A stretch of 64,000 bases of DNA from Chloroflexota bacterium (GTDB taxonomy: Bacteria > Chloroflexota > Limnocylindria > QHBO01), in NCBI GenBank assembly GCA_052388515.1, contig JBQTHZ010000070.1:9924-73923 (forward strand), read 5' to 3'. Below, one piece after another: positions 56,970 to 64,000 of the stretch. Position 1 is the first letter of the stretch. Every line of letters starts with the position of its first letter. A program made the position numbers and the translations under genes. A model generated the notes under the pieces. That model was not told where the DNA came from. It made no database searches and was given only the letters and a program-made list of their open reading frames with translations.

Positions 56970-59327
56970 GTGACCTCGTCGAGCCGCGCCGTGCGCGTGG
57001 CCGTCGATGCGCTGGCCGATCGGCCGGAGCGCACATTCAGCTACGCCGTACCGGCGGAGCTCGAGCTGCCCTCGCCGGGATCGTTGCTGCTGGTGCCCTA
57101 CGGCCGTCGCCTGGCCCTCGGCTACGTCCTTCCCGGCGAAGCCGACCGGCTCGACGCCGACCTCAAGCCGATCGAGGCGATCGTCTCCTCGCCGATGCTG
57201 ACCGGCGATCTGCTCGCGCTGGCGGAGGAGATCGCCGCGTATTACCGCGCACCGGTGGGCACGACCCTGGCGGCGATGCTGCCGCCCGGCCTCGAGTCAC
57301 GGCTCACACGCCGATGGGAGGTGCTCGACCCCGCCGCGCTGCCGCGGCAGGTTGCCGGCGCCGTGGGCGCCGACGGGCGCCTGGCCGATGCGACATTGCT
57401 TCGGGCGGCGCCGCGTCGCGGCCGTGACGCGTGGCTCGACCGGCTCCGACGCGCCGGGGCGGTCCGCTCCGAGTGGTCGCTCCGCTCCGCGGAGATCAAT
57501 CCGCGTCGCATCCGCGTCCTTCGACCGGTGGCAGGCGACGCGGAGCCGCCACGGCGGGCGCCGGTCCAGCGCGCGTTGCTCGACGCCCTGGGCGGGGAGG
57601 AGCGGACGATTCCGGAGCTCGCGGCGTTGCTCGAGACGGAGCCCGCGGCGTTGCTCGGGCCGGCCCGACGGCTCGCCGCGCTCGGTCGCGCGGAGCTGGA
57701 TTGGCGGATCGTCGACCGGAGCCCGCTGGCGCACCGGCCGGGAATGCCTGACCTGCGGCACCAGCTGGCGGACGAGCAGATCGCGGCGCTCGACGCCCTC
57801 GTCGCGCTGCCGGCCGGCGGCGAAATGCTGATCCAGGGCGTCGCGGCCTCCGGCAAGACGGATCTCTACCTGGCCGCGATCCTCGCGACGCTCGATGGAG
57901 ACCGGGACGCGATCGTCCTGGTGCCCGAGATGAGCCTCGTTCCGCAGCTCGCCGATCGTCTGCGAGCCCTGGTGGGGGACCAGCTGGGAGTCCTCCACTC
58001 CGGCCTCTCGGCAGGCGAGCGTCACGACGAGTGGTGGCGCATCCTGCGCGGCGAGGTGCGGGTCGTGATCGGCACCCGCACGGCAGCCTTTGCGCCGCTG
58101 GCCCGCCTGGGCCTGATCGTCGTCGACGAGGAGCATGACGGCGGCTACAAGTCGGACCGCACCCCGCGTTACGACGCGCGCTGGGTCGCGCGCCGGCGTG
58201 CCGCGATCGTCGCCGCGCGCGTGATCCTCGGCAGCGCCACGCCCGACCTCGTCAGCCTGGCCCGCGTCCGCGGCGGGCACGCGGAGCGTGCGGAGCTCGT
58301 CGAGCGACGCGTCGGATCGGCGCCGACGATCGAGCTCGCCGACCTTCGGGCTGAGCTGTCCGGGGGCAATCGATCGATCTTCTCGACCGCGCTGGGCGAA
58401 GCCCTGGGTTCGCTGCGACGGGGGCGCGAGCAGGCCGTCCTCCTCCTCAACCGCCGTGGCGCCGCGACCTTCATCCTGTGCCGCGACTGCGGCGAGAGCC
58501 TCCGCTGCCCCGACTGCGAGCTGCCGCTCGTCTACCACCTCGACGGTGGAACTCTCCGCTGTCACCACTGCGGGCGCACCAGCGCACCGACCGAGAAGTG
58601 CCCGAGCTGCGGCAGCGCGCGCATCCGTTACTTCGGCGCGGGGACGCAGCGCGTCGAGGCGGAGCTGCGTCGTCGGTTCCCCGGACTCCGAATCGGGCGC
58701 CTCGACTCGGATGCGCTCAGCGCGCGGCGCGGCTTCGAGACGATCTACGACGACTTCCGCGAAGGCCGCACGGACGTGCTGGTGGGTACGCAGCTCGCCG
58801 CCAAGGGCCTCGACCTGCCGACGGTGACGCTCGCGGCCGTGATCGCCGCCGATGTGACGCTCAACCTCCCGGACTACCGCGCGGCGGAGCGCACGTTCCA
58901 GTTGCTTGCCCAGGTGGCCGGGCGTGCAGGACGAGGGCCGATGCCCGGAGGCGTGATCATCCAGACCTACGCTCCGTCCCACTACGCGGTGAGAGCCGCT
59001 GCAGCCCTCGACGTCGACGGCTTCGCCGATGACGAGCTCCTCCGGCGCCGCCTGCTCGGCTATCCGCCCTTCAGCGTCCTGGCTCGCCTGCTGGTTGCCG
59101 ACGCCGATCGAGCGCGGGCCGAGGAACGCGGGCGACAGGCCGCAGCCGCGGTCGATGTCCCGGGCGCCGAGGTGCTCGGCCCGCTGCCGTCGTATGTTCC
59201 GCGACGTGCAGGCCGGTACCGAATGCAGGTGGTCATTCGCGCACCTGATCGCGAGACGCGGTTCGCCGCCCTCGAGCGGGTGCCGCCCGGTGTCGCCATC
59301 GACGTCGACCCCGAATCGCTCCTCTGA
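56970..59327 (+). CDS. priA: primosomal protein N' (replication restart helicase PriA)
   Basis: GTG start 5 nt after the gmk stop. Walker A GVAASGKT, VVDEEHDGGYK and a Cys-rich zinc module CRDCGESLRCPDCELPL..CHHCG..CPSCG. Confidence 0.9.
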   Translation: MTSSSRAVRVAVDALADRPERTFSYAVPAELELPSPGSLLLVPYGRRLALGYVLPGEADRLDADLKPIEAIVSSPMLTGDLLALAEEIAAYYRAPVGTTLAAMLPPGLESRLTRRWEVLDPAALPRQVAGAVGADGRLADATLLRAAPRRGRDAWLDRLRRAGAVRSEWSLRSAEINPRRIRVLRPVAGDAEPPRRAPVQRALLDALGGEERTIPELAALLETEPAALLGPARRLAALGRAELDWRIVDRSPLAHRPGMPDLRHQLADEQIAALDALVALPAGGEMLIQGVAASGKTDLYLAAILATLDGDRDAIVLVPEMSLVPQLADRLRALVGDQLGVLHSGLSAGERHDEWWRILRGEVRVVIGTRTAAFAPLARLGLIVVDEEHDGGYKSDRTPRYDARWVARRRAAIVAARVILGSATPDLVSLARVRGGHAERAELVERRVGSAPTIELADLRAELSGGNRSIFSTALGEALGSLRRGREQAVLLLNRRGAATFILCRDCGESLRCPDCELPLVYHLDGGTLRCHHCGRTSAPTEKCPSCGSARIRYFGAGTQRVEAELRRRFPGLRIGRLDSDALSARRGFETIYDDFREGRTDVLVGTQLAAKGLDLPTVTLAAVIAADVTLNLPDYRAAERTFQLLAQVAGRAGRGPMPGGVIIQTYAPSHYAVRAAAALDVDGFADDELLRRRLLGYPPFSVLARLLVADADRARAEERGRQAAAAVDVPGAEVLGPLPSYVPRRAGRYRMQVVIRAPDRETRFAALERVPPGVAIDVDPESLL

Positions 59328-59348
59328 ATCGGTACAATGCCCACCGCC

Positions 59349-59855
59349 ATGCCCATCCGACGCATCCTCACCGCCGAAGAGCCGATCCTTCGTGAGCGGA
59401 CGAAGCGGGTCTCGACGTTCGACGCCAGCCTGCACCGACTCCTCGACGACATGCTGGAGACGATGCGCGACGCCCCCGGCGTGGGACTCGCCGCGAACCA
59501 GATCGGCGTGCCGCTGCAGGTCGCGATCATCGAGGTCGAGGACCGGATCACCGAACTCGTGAACCCCCAGGTCGTGCGGGGCTCGGGCGACCAGGTCGAT
59601 TGGGAGGGATGCCTCTCGATCCCGGGCTACGTCGCCGAGGTCACCCGCCACGAGAAGGTGACGGTGAAGGCGCGGGATCGGCACGGCAAGGAGTTCCGGA
59701 TCAAGGGCATGGAGCTCCTCTCCCGGGCGCTCCAGCACGAGATCGACCACCTCAACGGGACGCTCTACATCGACTATCTCGAGTCGCTCGAGGAGCTGGT
59801 GCGCGTCAGCGAGGCTGCCGAGGAGGTCACCGAAGAGGCGGCCGCCGGGATCTAG
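59349..59855 (+). CDS. def: peptide deformylase
   Basis: Motifs GVGLAANQIG, EGCLSIPG and QHEIDHLNG. The second ATG (MPIRRIL, typical Def N-terminus) lies 10 nt after a TACAAT box that overlaps the first ATG at 59337. Confidence 0.92.
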   Translation: MPIRRILTAEEPILRERTKRVSTFDASLHRLLDDMLETMRDAPGVGLAANQIGVPLQVAIIEVEDRITELVNPQVVRGSGDQVDWEGCLSIPGYVAEVTRHEKVTVKARDRHGKEFRIKGMELLSRALQHEIDHLNGTLYIDYLESLEELVRVSEAAEEVTEEAAAGI

Positions 59856-60811
59856 TGGCTGGCATCGGTCGGATCGCATTCCTCGGGACGGGGGCCTTCG
59901 GGGTCCCGCTGCTGCGACGCGTCGCCGAGATGGCGGACGATCTCGTCGTGCTCAGCCAGCCGGACCGGCCCGCAGGCCGCCGTCTCCAGCTGCGTGCGAC
60001 GCCGGTGACGGCATTCGCCCGCGAGCACGGCGTCCCGGTGATGACTCCCACCCGGCTCCGGTCCCCGGAGGCCCGCGACGCGCTGCGCGCATTTGCGCCG
60101 GATGGCCTCGTCCTGGTGGCGTACGGCCAGCTCGTGCCCCAGGAGCTCCTCGACATCGCCGACCGGCCACCCCTCAACGTCCATCCATCGCTGCGGCCGC
60201 GCCATCGCGGCGCAGCGCCGGTGGCGGGCACCATCCTGGCCGGCGACCGCGAGGGCGGCGTCACGCTCATGGTGATGACGGCAGAGCTCGACGCCGGGCC
60301 CATCGTCGGGCGATGGCCGGTGCCACTCGGCGGCCGCGAGACGACGCCCGAGCTCGAGGCGACCCTCGCCGACGTCGCGGCCCAGGTCGTGCCCCCCGAG
60401 CTCGAGCGGTGGGCGTCGGACGGCCTCGAGCCCGTGGCTCAGGACGGCGCGCTGGCGACGCACGTGCACCCGTTCACACGAGCAGACGGGTGGATCGACT
60501 GGCAGCGGCCTGCCGCCGAGATCGATCGCCAGGTCCGGGCGCTCCAGCCGTGGCCGGGAGCCTGGACGACGATTGATGGACGGCGCATCCATGTTCGCCG
60601 CGCGCGACCGGTTCCCGGCGTCGATGGCGTTCCGATCGGCGCGCTCCTGCCGGGCGAGACGCCGTGCGTGGCCTGCGGCGTGGGTGCCCTCGCGCTGGAG
60701 ATCGTGCAGCCCGAGGGACGAGCCACCATGCCTGCCGACGCGTGGCATCGGGGCATCGGCCGCGAGCACGTGCTGCTCGGCGCCGGAGGACCGGTCGGGG
60801 CTGCTCGCTAG
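59855..60811 (+). CDS. fmt: methionyl-tRNA formyltransferase
   Basis: The GTG shares 1 nt with the def TAG. Motifs IAFLGTGAFG and NVHPSLRPRHRGAAP. Confidence 0.92.
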   Translation: MAGIGRIAFLGTGAFGVPLLRRVAEMADDLVVLSQPDRPAGRRLQLRATPVTAFAREHGVPVMTPTRLRSPEARDALRAFAPDGLVLVAYGQLVPQELLDIADRPPLNVHPSLRPRHRGAAPVAGTILAGDREGGVTLMVMTAELDAGPIVGRWPVPLGGRETTPELEATLADVAAQVVPPELERWASDGLEPVAQDGALATHVHPFTRADGWIDWQRPAAEIDRQVRALQPWPGAWTTIDGRRIHVRRARPVPGVDGVPIGALLPGETPCVACGVGALALEIVQPEGRATMPADAWHRGIGREHVLLGAGGPVGAAR

Positions 60812-61389
60812 CGGCTCGCGCCGCTCGGCAGCTCCTCTGTGACCTCGTTCGGCAGGTGCAGCATGTTGTGGACGCTCCACACGCCATTGATCTGACCCGC
60901 CTCGCTCGCCAGGCGGTCGCGCATCGCGGCATCCGTGACTTCGCCACGAAGGACCACGATCCCGCGCTCGACGTTCACGTTGATCGAGCCCTTCGGTACC
61001 GACGGGTCACGGAAGAGCGTCGTCTCGACCTTCGATGCGAGCGTCACGTCGTCCGGAAACGCCTCACCGCCCTCGCCGGCATGCCTGACCGCGGCAAGGG
61101 TTCCCGTGGCATTGGCGCGCGCCGTCGTGATCGCTCGCCCCGTCTGCCGCGCGGTGCGCCGCACCGTGGCCATTCCCTGGTCGATGAGTCGCGCGCGGCG
61201 TGCCCGACCTCGCGACGGGTCCAGGAGGAACCCGGCGAGCGCCGCAGCAGCGGCCGAGAACGCGGCGATGGCGGTCGCCCCCAGCCAGCTGGGCCCCCTT
61301 GGCTCTCCGCCGATCGTTCTGCGCGCTCGCCGGCCCGTGGATCCCGCGCGCCGCCGGGCGTCGCGGGTGCGCCTGTTGATCTGCATCAT
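60808..61389 (-). CDS. BON domain-containing membrane protein
   Basis: Start MMQINRR after GGAGAG. Arg-rich N-terminus, one TM segment and a C-terminal BON domain (VNVERGIVVLRGEV). Its stop shares the CTAG tetranucleotide with the fmt stop. Confidence 0.8.
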   Translation of the reverse strand: MMQINRRTRDARRRAGSTGRRARRTIGGEPRGPSWLGATAIAAFSAAAAALAGFLLDPSRGRARRARLIDQGMATVRRTARQTGRAITTARANATGTLAAVRHAGEGGEAFPDDVTLASKVETTLFRDPSVPKGSINVNVERGIVVLRGEVTDAAMRDRLASEAGQINGVWSVHNMLHLPNEVTEELPSGASR

Positions 61390-61530
61390 CTGTCTGCTCT
61401 CCAACGGTGGTGAGCCTCCCACACGGCAGGCAGCGTGCCGGGACCGCCGTCCATCGGCAGAATGGGTCGATATCGGTTCCGTTCGAGGTCGGATATACTC
61501 GGGCCAGCCCTCACGGAGGTGGGCACAACA

Positions 61531-62256
61531 ATGCTTTTCGACCCGCTCTACATCTTCGCCGTCCTGCTCCCGACCCTTGCCATCACCGGCTGGGCGACGT
61601 GGCGGGTGAAGTCAACCTATGGCAAATGGTCCAAGGTCGATTCGGGCATCAACGTCGATGCGTTCGACTTCGCGCGCCGGCTCCTGGATCGCCAGGGCCT
61701 GCAGGACGTGAAGATCGAGCCGACCCCGGGCAATCTCACCGACCACTACGATCCGCGTGGCAAGGTGCTGCGCGTCAGCACCCAGGTGGCCGACGCATCG
61801 GCCCTGGGGACCACAGGCATCACGACCACTGCGCCCCGACTCTCGGTGGCGGCCGCCGCCGTCATCGCCCACGAGGTGGGCCACGCGCTCCAGGATCACG
61901 CCGGCGAGCCGGCCATGAAACTTCGCCAGGCGATCGTGCCGGCCGCGCAGTTCGGATCGGGAATCGCGCCATGGCTCGTGATCGCCGGCGTGCTCCTCCA
62001 GATCACCGGCCTCGCGATCGTCGGGCTGATCGGCTTCGGCGCTGCCGTCCTGTTCACGTTCGCCACGCTGCCGGTCGAGATCGGCGCATCGGGCAAAGCG
62101 CTCGCGTTCGTCAACGGCCTCGGTATGGCCGGCGACCGGCAGACGGGCGCGCGCGATGTCCTCAAGGCCGCGGCCTGGACCTATGTCGCGGGTGCGCTGA
62201 CCGCGCTGCTGACCTTCCTGTACTACGCGTGGCTCATCTTCGGACGACGTGACTGA
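61531..62256 (+). CDS. YugP-like putative neutral zinc metallopeptidase
   Basis: The ATG follows GGAGGTGG. MLFDPLYIF N-terminus, LTDHYDPRGKVLRVS, HEVGHALQ zinc motif and C-terminal TM segments. Confidence 0.85.
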   Translation: MLFDPLYIFAVLLPTLAITGWATWRVKSTYGKWSKVDSGINVDAFDFARRLLDRQGLQDVKIEPTPGNLTDHYDPRGKVLRVSTQVADASALGTTGITTTAPRLSVAAAAVIAHEVGHALQDHAGEPAMKLRQAIVPAAQFGSGIAPWLVIAGVLLQITGLAIVGLIGFGAAVLFTFATLPVEIGASGKALAFVNGLGMAGDRQTGARDVLKAAAWTYVAGALTALLTFLYYAWLIFGRRD

Positions 62257-63391
62257 GCTTCCCATCGCCGGCCCGCTGCCGGCGATCAGCGAGATCGACT
62301 CCACATCGCTCGCCGCGTGGCTCGCAGCCCGCGGCGAGCCGGCGTATCGGGTGGACCAGGTGCTCGGCGGAGCGCATCGGCCCGAGGCGTCGAGCTTCGA
62401 CGAGATCACCGACCTGCCGGCAGCCCTGCGGGACGCCCTCGGTCGATCCTTTCGCTTCAGCACGATCGCCGACAGCCACGTCATCGGCGCCGATGGCGGC
62501 ATGACGGCAAAGGCCGTTCACGAGCTCGTCGATGGACAGCGCATCGAGTCGGTCCTGATGCGCTACCCGGCGCGCGGCGCGATGTCGGAGCGCACGACCA
62601 TCTGCATCAGCTCGCAGGCTGGCTGCGCGGTCAACTGCCCATTCTGCGCCACCGGCCAGGCGGGATTCGGCCGGCAGCTGACGCCGGGCGAGATCGTCGA
62701 CCAGGTGCTCCACTGGCACCGGCCCCCGTGGAGTGCGCTCGGGGACGGCAGGGAGGGTCACTACAACATCGTCTTCATGGGCATGGGCGAGCCGCTCAAC
62801 AACGCCGACCGTGTCTTCGAGGCCGTGAGGCTGCTCAACGATCCGGAACGCCTGGGGATCGGGGCGCGGCACATCACGGTCAGCACCTCGGGAGTGGTGC
62901 CCGGCATGGACCGCATGATCGATGAGCTGCCGCAGGTGAACCTGGCCATCAGCCTCCACGCGGCCACTGACACGCTGCGTGACGAGCTCGTGCCCATCAA
63001 CCGAAAGTGGCCGGTTGCAGCGGTGATCGCGGCCGGCCGCCGATTCGCGGGTCGCACGCGCCGCCGCGTGAGCCTCGAGTACGTGATGATCGACGGCCTC
63101 AACGACACCGACGTGCAGGCCGATGGGCTGATCGAGCTCGCCCGGGGCTGGCGATCACACCTGAACCTGATCCCGCTCAACCCGACCCCCGGCTCGCGCT
63201 GGAGCGGGACGCCGGCGGCCGGGATCGATCGCTTCGTCCGCCGCCTGCGCGACGGAGGCGTGTCGGTGACGGTGCGCGACACGCGCGGCCGCGAGATCGA
63301 CGCGGCCTGCGGTCAGCTGCACGCCCAGCTCTCGGGTCGCTCGCTGCGCGAGACGCGGGAGGCGGCGGCGCTTTCGGCACCGGCATCGTGA
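62249..63391 (+). CDS. rlmN: 23S rRNA (adenine2503-C2)-methyltransferase, radical SAM
   Basis: CxxxCxxC cluster CAVNCPFCATG and the GMGEPLNN motif. The GTG start overlaps the upstream gene end by 8 nt. Confidence 0.93.
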   Translation: MTELPIAGPLPAISEIDSTSLAAWLAARGEPAYRVDQVLGGAHRPEASSFDEITDLPAALRDALGRSFRFSTIADSHVIGADGGMTAKAVHELVDGQRIESVLMRYPARGAMSERTTICISSQAGCAVNCPFCATGQAGFGRQLTPGEIVDQVLHWHRPPWSALGDGREGHYNIVFMGMGEPLNNADRVFEAVRLLNDPERLGIGARHITVSTSGVVPGMDRMIDELPQVNLAISLHAATDTLRDELVPINRKWPVAAVIAAGRRFAGRTRRRVSLEYVMIDGLNDTDVQADGLIELARGWRSHLNLIPLNPTPGSRWSGTPAAGIDRFVRRLRDGGVSVTVRDTRGREIDAACGQLHAQLSGRSLRETREAAALSAPAS

Positions 63392-64000
63392 CCGGCCTCC
63401 CGCAGATCAGCGCCAGCATCCTGAACGCGGACTTCGGAAGGCTCGCCGACGAGGTCCGCAGGGCCGCCGACGGTGGCGTCGACTCCATCCACCTGGACGT
63501 CATGGACGGCCACTTCGTCGACAACCTGACCATGGGGCCGGTCGTCGTCTCCGCCGTGCGGGCGGCCACCGACCTGCCCTTCCACAGCCACCTCATGATC
63601 AGCAACCCGCTCGCCTACGTCGAGCGCTTCGCCGATGCGGGGAGCGACCTCATCGTGTTCCACGTCGAGGCCGACGACGACGCATCCGAGGTGATCGACG
63701 CGATCGAGCGCGCCGGCAGGCGCCCCGGCATCGCGCTCAACCCCGAGACGCGGGCCGAGGCGGTTCGCCAATATCTCGACCGCGTCGACCTGCTCCTGGT
63801 GATGACCGTCTACCCCGGCTGGGGCGGCCAAACCTTCATCGGCGGCGTGGTCCACAAGCTCTCCGCGCTCACCGCCGAGATCCGGCACCGCGGGCTGAAC
63901 CTGCCGATCGGCGTCGACGGCGGGGTCAACCTCGAGACGATCGGTCGGGCGCATGCAGCGGGCGGGGACGTGCTCGTCACCGGCAGCGCCCTGTACAGTA
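63388..64000 (+). CDS. rpe: ribulose-phosphate 3-epimerase (3' end beyond window)
   Basis: Not in the ORF track because there is no stop in the window. My translation from the GTG (GTGA overlap with the rlmN stop) gives VTGLPQISASILNADFGRLADEV..IHLDVMDGHFVDNLTMGP..VDGGVN. Confidence 0.9.
   Translation, partial: MTGLPQISASILNADFGRLADEVRRAADGGVDSIHLDVMDGHFVDNLTMGPVVVSAVRAATDLPFHSHLMISNPLAYVERFADAGSDLIVFHVEADDDASEVIDAIERAGRRPGIALNPETRAEAVRQYLDRVDLLLVMTVYPGWGGQTFIGGVVHKLSALTAEIRHRGLNLPIGVDGGVNLETIGRAHAAGGDVLVTGSALYS

Noticed and set aside
57297-59879. 860-aa antisense ORF opposite priA and def
   Set aside because: The priA and def frames carry Walker, zinc-cluster and deformylase motifs. The antisense product is low-complexity.
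60808-60811. Shared CTAG stop overlap of convergent fmt and BON genes as a regulatory feature
   Set aside because: A 4-nt palindromic stop overlap of convergent genes is a trivial compaction effect, and no associated structure was seen.

Overview
This is a 64-kb high-GC bacterial chromosome segment that is almost fully coding. LCP ligase, the rapZ-yvcK-whiA cluster and genes whose start codon sits just downstream of a -10 box suggest a Gram-positive-type (monoderm) organism, Actinobacteria- or Chloroflexi-like; this is inference only. I can support about 60 protein genes and 8 tRNAs, all with encoded CCA. There are two riboswitch-type leaders (a T-box before ileS and a yybP-ykoY-like element before terC) and one LexA/Cheo box. 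Most of the content is housekeeping. DNA repair and replication genes: uvrB, uvrA and uvrC dispersed over 16 kb, plus a UDG-superfamily gene, a UvrD-like helicase, recJ, ssb and priA. Secretion genes: secD-secF, secG, tatA-tatC and lspA. Metabolism and translation genes: pyrF, tpiA, gpmI, ilvE, ileS, gmk, def-fmt, rlmN, rpe and rpsF-ssb-rpsR. The clearly accessory part is a ~9.7-kb segment bracketed by two tRNA-Leu genes and tRNA-Val. It encodes an ECF sigma factor and a single-pass membrane protein ending in a ~44-residue Asp/Glu tail. It also encodes two paralogous CusA/CzcA-like RND pumps separated by a 142-aa lipoprotein that looks like a membrane-fusion protein reduced to its membrane-proximal domain, followed by a secreted protein of unknown function. 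This is my best candidate for an undescribed system (a sigma/anti-sigma-controlled RND efflux module without an adaptor hairpin), but its function is inferred, not shown. I saw no CRISPR array, transposase, integrase or rRNA. Many long ORFs in the track are out-of-frame or antisense artefacts of high GC. Start codons were refined by hand where 4-nt start/stop overlaps, SD sequences or -10 boxes were visible.
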